Counted from the stretch's first letter, positions 10,138 to 21,886 are shown. The stretch: 64,000 nt of DNA from Desulfosudaceae bacterium (GCA_963674745.2 CAXXDV010000001.1:1024001-1088000); one strand, 5' to 3'. Numbers and translations are program-made. The notes: generated from the sequence alone by a model not told the origin.

Positions 10138-12042
10138 TTAATCCGGAAACTCCCTCAGCGACTCATGGATCCCTTTGTGGATCTCATACCAGAATTCATA
10201 GGCGGCGGCCTTTTTGTCCCGTTCAAAAAAATCGATCCAGTGGTCAAGGTCGATATTGTCGATATTATCGACTTCTTTTTTCTTTTTCAGAAAGGTGACC
10301 ACCAGGTCGGCCACGCGTTCGGGTTCCCAGAAGACCGAGGCGTTGCGGCTGGCAATACGACCGGCGGTAAGGTTGATGGCGCGCAGGTATTGCTCGCCCT
10401 GGCCGAAAATCTTTTCCACAATATCAGGAATCATTTCTTCGGCCCAGCCGCGATGAAAGCGGCAGACGCCCATGTTGTCCAGGGCGAGTTCTTTTATCAG
10501 GCGGCGGGCGCACTCCCGGCCCAGGTCCCGGGGCGGCAGAAAGTCGCGGCCGTAATGCATGTAGTATTTACCCATGATGGCCATGGGCGCAAAGGCGCCG
10601 GGAGTCCAGTACTGGTTGGGCACCATCCAGCCCTGACGGGCAAAGGCGAGATAGACAAAACGGTCGCGAACAGCCGCGCCTTTTTCCCGGGCCAGGCCAC
10701 GGGCGAACTTGCGGGCACCCAGGGCCAGGGAAATTTTACCATCCGGTTTGGTCATCTGATCCAGCAGGGCCATTCCCAGGCGGGCATTGTGGGCGGAGTC
10801 TTCGACCGGGTCAAAAGCATCCGCGTTCCAGCGGGGCCGGTCATCCACACCCAGTTCGGCCGGCTCGATCAGGTTTTCATCAAGACAGTCCATGAGCCAG
10901 GCCAGCACACCGCCCACGGAAATGGCGTCAAACCCCAGGCGATCGGCATGATGGTTGAGCTGTTCGGCGGCCCGCTGGTCAAAGATACCGCACAGGGGAC
11001 CCAGGGCCTGGTAGGGCTCGTAATCTTTTTTAAATTCGTTGTTCAGTTTTTTACATACCGCGGCGCAGGGCTCCCCGCAGGTGCGCTGCTGCTTGGTACG
11101 GATGGTCTCTTCATTGAACTGTTTCAAATAATGATCCAGAATCAGGCGCTGATGCAGGTCCCGGCGTTGGGTTTGGGTCCAGTAAATGGTGCGGTAGTTG
11201 AAGGCCAGCAGGTTGTCTTCCATACCGGCATAGTTGACGCCGAAAGTACCGCCGGTGTTGAATTTGGGATCAAAACGATACTTGGTGGTGGCCTCCACGT
11301 CCTTGGCCGCCAGGCGTTGATTGTATTTGTCTTTAAACCATTCATCGGCCACTGAGCGGTTGAGAAAGTCCTCGTCCACGTAAGTGCCGCCGTAAATGAT
11401 GCCGATAATTCCGTGCGCCTGTAGCAACTTGCTGCCCAGGCCGCCCCTGCCGGCCCAGGTGTCGGCATGGGTGATGACGCCTTTTTTAACCGGCGCGGAA
11501 CAAATGGCCCCGATATCCGTGTTCTGGGCGGCCGGACCCACGGCCAGCACCCGGGGATCGTTTTCATATTTTTTGCCGAATCGTTCCAGGGCCTGTTCCA
11601 TCACGGCATACACCCCTCCCCGGCCGCTGTTCCAGACATGATGCGGATTAACCGGAACCAGTTCCACCTCGATCTCTTCACCGTGGTTGCGGTTCAGATA
11701 TAATAAAGACGGATGATTGGCCTGATTAATGATAGACAGCATGTTGATGCCCAGGTTATCGAATACCAGGGCCGCGCCGCCCATGGAAGAAATATAGAAC
11801 CCGTGCCAGCAGGGCGATATGCCGGTGAATATGAGCCGGTTGGAACCGGGCAGAACCGATCCGGCCAGGAGACCGGCACCGATATTGAGGCTGTTGTGTT
11901 TATAGGCCAGGTGAATACCCAGGTCCACGGGCCCGAAGAAATCACCGACCGGATAACGTTGCAGGCGATAAAAGCCGCTGGACGCGTCCAGCATCAGCAC
12001 CTTGAGGGTATGGATTGACTTGTTCTGACCGGGCTTGTTCAT
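10138..12042 (-). CDS. Aldehyde:ferredoxin oxidoreductase family W/Mo enzyme, GAPOR-like
   Basis: SSMGG, AGRGGLGS, GGTFGVNY, CGEPCAAVCKK, YEPY, GFDAIS, DNMGVCRFHRGW. Confidence 0.85.
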   Translation of the reverse strand: MNKPGQNKSIHTLKVLMLDASSGFYRLQRYPVGDFFGPVDLGIHLAYKHNSLNIGAGLLAGSVLPGSNRLIFTGISPCWHGFYISSMGGAALVFDNLGINMLSIINQANHPSLLYLNRNHGEEIEVELVPVNPHHVWNSGRGGVYAVMEQALERFGKKYENDPRVLAVGPAAQNTDIGAICSAPVKKGVITHADTWAGRGGLGSKLLQAHGIIGIIYGGTYVDEDFLNRSVADEWFKDKYNQRLAAKDVEATTKYRFDPKFNTGGTFGVNYAGMEDNLLAFNYRTIYWTQTQRRDLHQRLILDHYLKQFNEETIRTKQQRTCGEPCAAVCKKLNNEFKKDYEPYQALGPLCGIFDQRAAEQLNHHADRLGFDAISVGGVLAWLMDCLDENLIEPAELGVDDRPRWNADAFDPVEDSAHNARLGMALLDQMTKPDGKISLALGARKFARGLAREKGAAVRDRFVYLAFARQGWMVPNQYWTPGAFAPMAIMGKYYMHYGRDFLPPRDLGRECARRLIKELALDNMGVCRFHRGWAEEMIPDIVEKIFGQGEQYLRAINLTAGRIASRNASVFWEPERVADLVVTFLKKKKEVDNIDNIDLDHWIDFFERDKKAAAYEFWYEIHKGIHESLREFPD

Positions 12043-12073
12043 TGCTTAATCCCCCTCCGATTGATGATATCCG

Positions 12074-13273
12074 TCAGGTGGTTTGCCGTTTCCTGCCGAC
12101 AATCAGCAGTCCCAGCGCGGCCACCAGGGCAAAGGCGGCCCCGGTCATGAAGGCGACTGGCGGACCGAACATACTCCACAGTGTACCCGCTATTACACTG
12201 GCCAGCAAGAGGGCAATACCGGAGACCAGATTAAAAATGCCGAAGGCCGTGCCGCGCAGATCGGCCGGGACGGTATCGGCCACCAGTTTGGCGAAAAGCC
12301 CCTGGGTACAGGCCATGTGCAGACCCCACAGGGCGGTTCCGGCAAATACCGACCAGGCGGATGATGCTACCGCCAGCACCAAATCGGCGACGATCAGCAG
12401 GGCCAGGCCTGAAAGCAGCAGGCTCCGGCGGCTGATACGATCCGAGACAGCGCCCAAGGGATAGGCAAACCCGGCGTAAAAAAAATTCATGACGATCATG
12501 ACGACCGGGACATAGGCCAGGGCCAGGCCGACGTTTTGCGCCCGCAGAACCAGAAAAGCTTCGCTGAACCGGGCCAGGGTAAACACCGTGCCGGTGACAA
12601 CAACCAGCCAGTAGCGACGGGACAGGCGTTTGGCATCCGTCAGGGCCAGGGTTTTGACCGTTTCCGCATCTTTATTTTCGGGTTCCCGCAGGTAAATGAT
12701 TAACAGGGCCACGGTGATAAAGGCCGGTACCACCGCCACCCACATGACCAGCCGGATATTGTTGGCCAGCCAGAGCATGAGCACAACCGCCAGTATCGGC
12801 CCGATTAAAGCGCCTAAGGAATCCAGGGCCTGGCGCAGGCCATAGGCCGCGCCCCGGAATTGCGGCGGGGTGATATCGGCCACCATGGCGTCGCGGGGCG
12901 CGCCGCGGATACCCTTGCCGACGCGATCGATAAACCGGCCGGCCATGACCCAGTTGATCGAGGTGGCCAGGGGAAACAAGGGCTTGGTCAAAGCGGCCAG
13001 GGCATAGCCGGACACCAGCACCAGCTTGCGGCGGCCGAGATAATCGCTGAGCACCCCGGAAAAGATCTTGGTGATGGCGGCGGTGGCTTCGGCAACACCC
13101 TCGATCACGCCGACGGTAACCATCGAAGCCCCTAAAACCGAGACCATAAATACGGGCAGAATGCTGTGGATAAGCTCGGAAGAGATATCCATGAACATGG
13201 AGCCGAAACCCAGCACCCAGACACCGGTCGGCAGCGTGCGAAGGGGATTTGTTTTACCGGGGTATCCTGACAT
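12074..13273 (-). CDS. MFS transporter
   Basis: Multiple TM segments; MDISSE, SDYLGRRK, DRVGKGIRGAPRDA motifs; start uncertain and overlaps the 3' end of the cytochrome gene. Confidence 0.9.
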   Translation of the reverse strand: MSGYPGKTNPLRTLPTGVWVLGFGSMFMDISSELIHSILPVFMVSVLGASMVTVGVIEGVAEATAAITKIFSGVLSDYLGRRKLVLVSGYALAALTKPLFPLATSINWVMAGRFIDRVGKGIRGAPRDAMVADITPPQFRGAAYGLRQALDSLGALIGPILAVVLMLWLANNIRLVMWVAVVPAFITVALLIIYLREPENKDAETVKTLALTDAKRLSRRYWLVVVTGTVFTLARFSEAFLVLRAQNVGLALAYVPVVMIVMNFFYAGFAYPLGAVSDRISRRSLLLSGLALLIVADLVLAVASSAWSVFAGTALWGLHMACTQGLFAKLVADTVPADLRGTAFGIFNLVSGIALLLASVIAGTLWSMFGPPVAFMTGAAFALVAALGLLIVGRKRQTT

Positions 13274-13823
13274 TGTCATCATCGTAAAGGCCGCTCTCGG
13301 CGGTGGTGTGGCAAGCGGCACAGTTGGCCTGTGAACCGATTGCTTTATTGTTCAGAAAATCAGGGGGGATGCCCATGTGTTTCTTTCTTATATATGGAAT
13401 GTCGGTTATCCGGATCGGCACCTGATTGCCAAGGCTTTGCATGATTTTTACCGCTCGTTTGGCAGCGCTGGTTTCAGCAGCGTTTGATTTAAGATACATC
13501 AGAATTTCTTTTTTTGCCTCATCTTCAAGATCAACGGACTCACCAAAATGATCTTCCAGGTCGGCCAGAATCTTTTCCCATGAAGCGGACGGAAGAAGCG
13601 CCGGCTGATAGACGAAGTGACAGGCGCCGCACTGGTCTTTATATGTCTGGTTATCGACCGGTCGCAGATGGTCCTCATGATGTTCCTCATGTTCATGTTG
13701 TTCGTGCCTGCTTTCCCGGTGTTTTTCGTGGTGGTCATCGTCGGCTGCAGCCGAATAGAAGGCGGTGCAAAGGAGCATGATCACAAACAACAACTTCAGT
13801 AAATATTGATTCAATCCATACAC
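13254..13823 (-). CDS. Diheme cytochrome c (DHC family) with His-rich N-terminus
   Basis: Signal peptide; CGACH and CAACH heme motifs; LLPSASW and DHFG typical of DHC. Confidence 0.9.
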   Translation of the reverse strand: MYGLNQYLLKLLFVIMLLCTAFYSAAADDDHHEKHRESRHEQHEHEEHHEDHLRPVDNQTYKDQCGACHFVYQPALLPSASWEKILADLEDHFGESVDLEDEAKKEILMYLKSNAAETSAAKRAVKIMQSLGNQVPIRITDIPYIRKKHMGIPPDFLNNKAIGSQANCAACHTTAESGLYDDDNVRIPR

Positions 13824-13851
13824 TTTAATTACCTTTTACCTCCGGACAGCC

Positions 13852-14058
13852 TTATCGTTTGACAACAAACGGCAGTGCCGTCATCACAACTCCCGCCAGG
13901 GACAATATATACGCGTTGGGAATAAAATAGGGGCATACCATTAAGCCGATGCCGCAAAAAAGCGAGACCATTCTTTTCTGCTTTTTCCCGTAAACAAAAA
14001 GGCCCAAACCAATGGCCCCAAAAAGTACACCCAGCATTAAAGTCGACGTGCTGTCCAT
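13852..14058 (-). CDS. Small membrane protein
   Basis: 68 aa, hydrophobic, IGLGLFVYGKKQ; tightly packed in a minus-strand run. Confidence 0.75.
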   Translation of the reverse strand: MDSTSTLMLGVLFGAIGLGLFVYGKKQKRMVSLFCGIGLMVCPYFIPNAYILSLAGVVMTALPFVVKR

Positions 14059-14072
14059 TTATACCGGACCTT

Positions 14073-14414
14073 TCACTCAATAAACTTTCCGATAACACTA
14101 TGCTGCTGTTTGATTTCATGGATCAGTTTATCATAATGCCGCATGCGGATGGCGGCACGGACAATCAGGTAAATGCCGAAAACGACCAGCGCCAGGCTGA
14201 GTAAGGCCAGCGGGATTAAGGCGGGTAGGACATGGAGGATATCATAATACTTTGAGGTGGCGATGAGCACGCTCATGACCGACAGGGGCAGGGCCAACAC
14301 GGCGATGCCGGTGCGCATGACCGCCAGGGACGTCCGTTTCTCAGCCAGGAGTAGCTGGGCTTCATTAATGGCCAGAGTGTCACTTCTACCGGCATCTTCT
14401 GTCATATCCACCAC
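14073..14414 (-). CDS. DUF202-like inner membrane protein
   Basis: LAEKRTSLAVMRTG motif followed by two TM helices. Confidence 0.8.
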   Translation of the reverse strand: MVDMTEDAGRSDTLAINEAQLLLAEKRTSLAVMRTGIAVLALPLSVMSVLIATSKYYDILHVLPALIPLALLSLALVVFGIYLIVRAAIRMRHYDKLIHEIKQQHSVIGKFIE

Positions 14415-14463
14415 CTCGTTTAATTACCGGGCTCTTTGTCTTGGCTGTTCCGTCGGTTCAACC

Positions 14464-14913
14464 TCAGACAGGATGCTTTCCAATATGCTGAACAAAAGTT
14501 CTCAGGTATCTGACGCTCGACAAAACCAGGGCCAGACCGATGCTGATATATAACACGGCCAGATATTGCCTGGGAATGACTGAATGCCGCAGCAAGGCCC
14601 CCATGGTAACCATGACGGCAATAATCAGGTAGCTCTTCCAGGGGATAAAGGCGAACAGGCATCGCTTGCCGGGCAGGGCAAGGATCCTGTCGAGGTTTTT
14701 GCCGGCTATCTTTAAAAAACCGAAATGATGAATCAGAAGTGCGAATACGAGACCGGCTATTTCATACATATGGGCGGTTGGGGACGGTATCGGCGACAGC
14801 CAGGAAAAGGCCATAAATAACAGCATGATACCAACCAGCGTCCAGACGATTCCCGCCAGGAGAACAAGAATATTGTTCGTTACCGCCGGTTTATATCTGT
14901 TGATCGCTGCCAT
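14464..14913 (-). CDS. Hypothetical 4-TM membrane protein
   Basis: 149-aa ORF with four hydrophobic segments. Confidence 0.75.
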   Translation of the reverse strand: MAAINRYKPAVTNNILVLLAGIVWTLVGIMLLFMAFSWLSPIPSPTAHMYEIAGLVFALLIHHFGFLKIAGKNLDRILALPGKRCLFAFIPWKSYLIIAVMVTMGALLRHSVIPRQYLAVLYISIGLALVLSSVRYLRTFVQHIGKHPV

Positions 14914-14985
14914 AATGTAGGCATTATATAATCACTTTTAACCTTTTTTGCAAGCGATCACCATGATGGTTTAATAAAAAGGCCA

Positions 14986-16446
14986 TCATTTCAACAGCAT
15001 TTTATAAATCAGTTTATGGGCCCGTTTCCCGTAAGGCGGGTAAATCATCTTTCCGCTGTTGAACTTCGATTTGAAAAGCACCCCTTTTTCTTTTGAAAAC
15101 GCCAGGAATCCGGCCTGGCCGTGATAGTGGCCCATACCGGACTGACCGATACCACCGAAGGGCATGGTGTCCTGCGGCACATGGATGACGGTATCATTGA
15201 TCAGCACACCGCCGGAATGGGTGTTGTTGATGATATATTCGGCATTTTCGCGGTTGTAATCAAAATAATAAAGCGCCAGGGGACAGGGACGGTCGTTTAT
15301 GTATGCCACCGCCTCTTTCAACTCCCGGTAAGGAATGATCGGCAAAATCGGGCCGAAGATTTCTTTCTGTAGCACGGTCATTTCATCGGTGGCATTCAGA
15401 ATGATATGAAGCGGCAATTTACGGGTGCCGGTAAAATCTTCGTCGGCCGGGTTGATGACGATGATTTGGGCTCCCTTTTCCCGGGCGTCCTGCAAGAGGC
15501 CCTGAAGATGGGCGTATTGCTGATCATTTTCAACACTGGTAAAATCCGGGTTGTCTTTTAACGAGGGATACATGCGGACGACCGCCTGGCGCAAAGCCGC
15601 GATAAAATGCCCCACCCGGCGTTCATGACAAAGCACGTAATCGGGTGCTACGCAGGTCTGTCCGGAATTGAGCATTTTGCCCCAGGCAATGCGCTCGGCC
15701 GCGTCCGCTATGGGCACCCCGGCGCTGACAATGGCCGGTGATTTTCCGCCCAGCTCGAGGGTCACCGGGATCAGGTTGTCGGCCGCGGCCCGCATGACCT
15801 GCTTGCCGGCCCTGGTCGAGCCGGTAAACACAATATGGTCCCAGGGCTTGGCGGTAAAGGCGCTGCCGGAAACATCATCGCCGGCCAACAGCGCCACCTG
15901 GTCTTCACTGAAGGTTTCCCCGATGAGTTGTTTGAGCACCTCCGCTGTTTGGGGAACTTCCCGGCTCACCCGCAGAATGGCCCGGTTGCCGGCTGACAGG
16001 ACACTCACCAAAGGGCCGCCGATGGAAAGATAGACCGGGTAGTTCCAGGGCGAAATAATGCCGACAACGCCCAGTGGCTGATAATAGACTTTGGCCGAAG
16101 CCGGCATATACAGCATGCCGGGCAACCGCCGGGACGGTTTCATCCATTTTTTTAAATGCTTGACCGTATATTTGATGCCTTCAATAGCGGCCATCACTTC
16201 CGCCAGCCAGGTTTCATCCTTCGATCGGGCGCCAAAATCGGCATTGACCGCCTCGGCCAGTTTATCCTTATATTGAACCAGGCTTTTTTTCATCCGTTTC
16301 AGGTTGGCGATGCGCTCGTCGGCATCCGGCAGCGGATTTCTCAAACAAGCCGCTTTTTGCAGCTCAAAGAGCCGGTCCAGCTCGGACGAAACGGCCCGAT
16401 TCTCAGTTGAAAGGTCCTGCTCAAGATTATTTGTTGGCTGTTCCAT
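14986..16446 (-). CDS. NAD(P)-dependent aldehyde dehydrogenase (coniferyl/fatty aldehyde DH-like)
   Basis: SPWNYP, FTGS, LELGGKSP, GQTCVAPDY, EIFGP; GGAGGAG RBS. Confidence 0.95.
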   Translation of the reverse strand: MEQPTNNLEQDLSTENRAVSSELDRLFELQKAACLRNPLPDADERIANLKRMKKSLVQYKDKLAEAVNADFGARSKDETWLAEVMAAIEGIKYTVKHLKKWMKPSRRLPGMLYMPASAKVYYQPLGVVGIISPWNYPVYLSIGGPLVSVLSAGNRAILRVSREVPQTAEVLKQLIGETFSEDQVALLAGDDVSGSAFTAKPWDHIVFTGSTRAGKQVMRAAADNLIPVTLELGGKSPAIVSAGVPIADAAERIAWGKMLNSGQTCVAPDYVLCHERRVGHFIAALRQAVVRMYPSLKDNPDFTSVENDQQYAHLQGLLQDAREKGAQIIVINPADEDFTGTRKLPLHIILNATDEMTVLQKEIFGPILPIIPYRELKEAVAYINDRPCPLALYYFDYNRENAEYIINNTHSGGVLINDTVIHVPQDTMPFGGIGQSGMGHYHGQAGFLAFSKEKGVLFKSKFNSGKMIYPPYGKRAHKLIYKMLLK

Positions 16447-16557
16447 CGTTACTCCTCCATGCTTAAAAATATTTATCCAAGAATATAACGTTGTTCTTTA
16501 TGACTTCTTTGGCATAACGGATCAAAACAAATCCTGCTTCGCCGTTTTTCCGGCGCA

Positions 16558-18906
16558 TTAGACGGCAAGACTGCTTCGGGCGATGATCTCGTCTTTCATC
16601 CGGGGAGAAAGGTCATTGAAATAGGCGGCATATCCGGAAACACGCACCATCAGATAGGGGTGCAAAGAAGGGTTGTCCCGGGCTTGCCGCAGGGTTTCAG
16701 GGTCGAGCATATTGGCCTGCACCTGCATGCCGCCGCGATCAAAATATACACGGAAAATACTGCCCAAAGCGTTCTGGCCGGCCGCGTCCCGCATGTTTAA
16801 GGCATTAAATTTAATGTTGAAATTAATACCGTTGGCCGTTCCGGTAAAATCAAGGCGGTTCATGGAGTTGACCAGGGCCGTGGGACCCTTCCGGTCCATG
16901 CCGTTTTCCGGGGCAATGCCCGAGGCAAAAGGCTCTCCCCGCCGGCGTCCGTTGGGCAGGGCGCCCACAAAACCGGCAAAATGGATGTGGGTGGTATTGG
17001 AGTAGAGACCGGCCGTGTAATTACCCCCGCGGGTGTTTTTGCCCAGGCCGTTTATGGCATCGATATAATCGTCCAGTACGAAACGGGTCCATTGATCCGC
17101 TTCGGGAGCATCGTTGCCGAATTTTTCCAGTCGGCGCAACGTAACCCGTACCTTTTCATCGGCCAGATCCGCCCGGAGACGCTCCACCAGATCGATCAGC
17201 GCCATGGATTTATTGATAAATACTATATTTTCAATAGCATAAAGGGAATCACCGACAGTGGTAATGCCCACGCCCTGGATGCCGGAAAAATTATAAACCG
17301 CCCCGCCGGCCGTAGAATCAACCCCTTTCTCCAAACAACCGTCAATGAGCATGCTGGTCAGCGGCGTGGGATGAAAGGCGGCATGAGCCCGTTCAACCGC
17401 CTTAAGATCGATTTTCAGTTTATCCAGCTGGTGCCGGAGCTGGGTTTTATAGGCCGCAGCCACGTCGTTCATGGTACGCATTTGTGAAACCGGCGGCGTA
17501 ACCGCGCCCAGACGTTTTTTTACGCCGAACTGTCGTCCCTGATTCAAGGCCAGTTCCAGGGCCAGGGGCATGTTGATGATGGCGGCGTCGGTCGATCCCA
17601 GGGTTTTTCCCTGGGAAGTGGGCTCCACACACCCGATGGCCGTATAGTTTCGGGCATCGGTCAGGTTATAGCCGGCCTTGAGCATGGCGGCGATAATAAT
17701 TTCATCATTATACAGGGCCGGGGCGCTGCCGGTACCGGTGGATACCCGCACCACCTGATCGTAAAAATCCGGCGGCGTGTTCCTGTGCAGGCGAATGTGG
17801 GAATTGGGCTGCCGCATGCGCAGTTCGTCGATAAGTTCGAGCAGGATAAAGCTGAGTTCGTTGGTGGTATCGTCTCCGTTTTCATCTACACCGCCGATGG
17901 TGACAACCTGGTAACTGGTCAACCCCCCCAGAGTTTTGGCCAGGGTTTGGGGAAAGGCGGGCACGGTTTCATTCAGTTTGATACAAAAGGCCGCCAGGAT
18001 CTCCTTGGCCTGTTCCCGGGTCAAGCGGCCTTCGGCCACGTCTTTCTCATAAAAGGGAAACAGAATCCGGTCCAGGCGGCCCACGCCGAGGCTTTCGCCC
18101 AGGCTCTCCTGAAACATGGTGATGTGGACCAGCAGAATCGATTGCACGGCCTCGAAAAAGGTCCGGGCGCCAAAGCGGGGGACCTGCCGGCAGGCCTGCG
18201 CGATGCGTTCAAGTTCGTTTCTCCTTTGCGGGTCAGTCTCGGAACCGGTCATTTTTTCTGCCAGATCGGCGTACCTTTGGGCAAAATCAATCAGGCCAGA
18301 AGCCGCAATCTCCGCAGCCTGGTAGAATTGATGCTGCTCCGGCCTGCCGGCCTTTTCCTGAAAAGCCCGGGCTTCTTTTAAATACCCGTCCAGACCGATG
18401 GCCAGAATTTTATCATGATTCGGTGTCAAGTGCGAAATACCGCCTGTTTCATAGATCTGATACTGGTTGGCGGTTAATTGACCCCTTAAAAAACGGAACC
18501 GGTCTTTCATGGTGTCAAAAGCCTGCCAGACAATGTTTTTCGTCAACCAGAAGGGAATGGTGGCAAAAAGCTTCCAGCGATCAGCCGGGGTAGTTTCCAG
18601 GGGGTTGAGGTCGCGTTTATGAAAAGTGAAGATTTCGGCCAGCACACTCAACCCGTGTGATTCCGGGTAGATGATGCCGCCAACCCGCCGGGAGGTGTAG
18701 TTGCCCACGACAAGTTCATGGGGATAAATATTAATGCTTTTATTTTCCAGCACATGACGGACCGCTCCGGAAATTCTGACAACCGCGGGTTTTTTCCAGT
18801 GGGCCTTTTTTTTGAAATATTCCGTCCAGAGCAGGGCCCGTTCGGGACAGATACCGGGCACGGCGGATTGAACGGCTTGCTTTAACCGGTTGATACGGTC
18901 TTCCAT
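16558..18906 (-). CDS. Glycyl radical enzyme (PFL-like superfamily, single active-site Cys)
   Basis: IGCVEP Cys loop, C-terminal VRVSGY glycyl radical motif; start reset to ATG 18906 (MEDRI). Confidence 0.9.
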   Translation of the reverse strand: MEDRINRLKQAVQSAVPGICPERALLWTEYFKKKAHWKKPAVVRISGAVRHVLENKSINIYPHELVVGNYTSRRVGGIIYPESHGLSVLAEIFTFHKRDLNPLETTPADRWKLFATIPFWLTKNIVWQAFDTMKDRFRFLRGQLTANQYQIYETGGISHLTPNHDKILAIGLDGYLKEARAFQEKAGRPEQHQFYQAAEIAASGLIDFAQRYADLAEKMTGSETDPQRRNELERIAQACRQVPRFGARTFFEAVQSILLVHITMFQESLGESLGVGRLDRILFPFYEKDVAEGRLTREQAKEILAAFCIKLNETVPAFPQTLAKTLGGLTSYQVVTIGGVDENGDDTTNELSFILLELIDELRMRQPNSHIRLHRNTPPDFYDQVVRVSTGTGSAPALYNDEIIIAAMLKAGYNLTDARNYTAIGCVEPTSQGKTLGSTDAAIINMPLALELALNQGRQFGVKKRLGAVTPPVSQMRTMNDVAAAYKTQLRHQLDKLKIDLKAVERAHAAFHPTPLTSMLIDGCLEKGVDSTAGGAVYNFSGIQGVGITTVGDSLYAIENIVFINKSMALIDLVERLRADLADEKVRVTLRRLEKFGNDAPEADQWTRFVLDDYIDAINGLGKNTRGGNYTAGLYSNTTHIHFAGFVGALPNGRRRGEPFASGIAPENGMDRKGPTALVNSMNRLDFTGTANGINFNIKFNALNMRDAAGQNALGSIFRVYFDRGGMQVQANMLDPETLRQARDNPSLHPYLMVRVSGYAAYFNDLSPRMKDEIIARSSLAV

Positions 18907-19098
18907 GAAAAGAATCCTTGTCCCCGAAGCTGATTTTTCGTTGTCGGGTTTGATTAAGTGGCTAAAAGAACACAGCAACATGATCATACACAATTTATGA
19001 TGTGTTGACAATATGTTAAAAGGTATTAAGTTGTAAATATAAGAAAAACAGTAGGAAATCATTATCGGACCGAAACCGACCTTTAGGAGAAACGAATT

Positions 19099-19269
19099 AT
19101 GAAAGAATTGCTGATTATCTTCGCCATAGTGGGCGCGTATCTGTTATTGCAGCTCGTCATTCTGCCCAAAATGGGTATATCCACCTGAATGCGGTCTGCC
19201 TGTCAGTTGACAGATCAGAAAAACGAAACAAAAAAAGACACGAAACCGGCAGAAACGGTTAGAGAGTAA
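19099..19269 (+). CDS. Putative small membrane selenoprotein (in-frame TGA = Sec30), first gene of the cop operon
   Basis: AGGAGA RBS at 19085-19090; MKELLIIFAIVGAYLLLQLVILPKMGIST-U-MRSACQLTDQKNETKKDTKPAETVRE; TAA 5 nt before the copZ ATG; SECIS-like hairpin 19195-19219. Confidence 0.7.
19195..19219 (+). promoter_or_regulatory. Candidate bacterial SECIS hairpin
   Basis: UCUG-C-CUGUC-[AGUU]-GACAG-AU-CAGA; apical loop starts at +17 after the UGA at 19186-19188 and has G at its second position. Confidence 0.55.
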
Positions 19270-19274
19270 AAAAT

Positions 19275-19478
19275 ATGGAAACACAAACCTTCACCATACC
19301 CAATATATCCTGCGGGCATTGCGTCATGACCATTAAAAACGAGCTTCTGGAACTTGACGGCGTCAAACAGGTCGAAGGCGATGCTGATACCAAAGCCATT
19401 ACCGTTAAGTGGGATGCGCCGGTTGATCGACAGAAAATTCTCGATCTGCTGCGGGAAATCAATTACCCGGCCGACTAA
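19275..19478 (+). CDS. copZ: Copper chaperone (HMA domain)
   Basis: 67 aa, ISCGHC metal-binding motif. Confidence 0.9.
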   Translation: METQTFTIPNISCGHCVMTIKNELLELDGVKQVEGDADTKAITVKWDAPVDRQKILDLLREINYPAD

Positions 19479-19499
19479 TGAATTGTAGGGACGGCCCCC

Positions 19500-21740
<2,241 letters not shown>

Positions 21741-21768
21741 CCGGGTAATTGAAGTCCTTCCTAATAAT

Positions 21769-21872
21769 TGTTAAGGTGGTTAAGTGATTATGTGTTTATG
21801 TGATTATGCGGTCGGGGTTTGAGTGTTTAACGGGTTAAACCTTGACCCCTTGAATCCTTGAACCCTTTTTGT
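21769..21872. repeat. 8-nt periodic intergenic tract, including a ~32-bp dispersed element
   Basis: taagtgat-tatgtgtt-tatgtgat-tatgcggt, then cttgaccc-cttgaatc-cttgaacc-ctttttgt (21841-21872), which is near-identical to the reverse complement of 49583-49615. Confidence 0.7.
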
Positions 21873-21886
21873 AAAAGGAGAAGATA

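Noticed and set aside
10048..11355. 435-aa plus-strand ORF and similar long antisense ORFs (e.g. 4670-5425, 8205-8942, 28990-29814)
   Set aside because: Shadow frames of well-supported GC-rich genes on the opposite strand, with no recognisable motifs.
18907..19062. N-terminal extension of the GRE ORF given in the ORF track
   Set aside because: It runs through the AT-rich divergent promoter region; ATG 18906 gives a typical GRE length.
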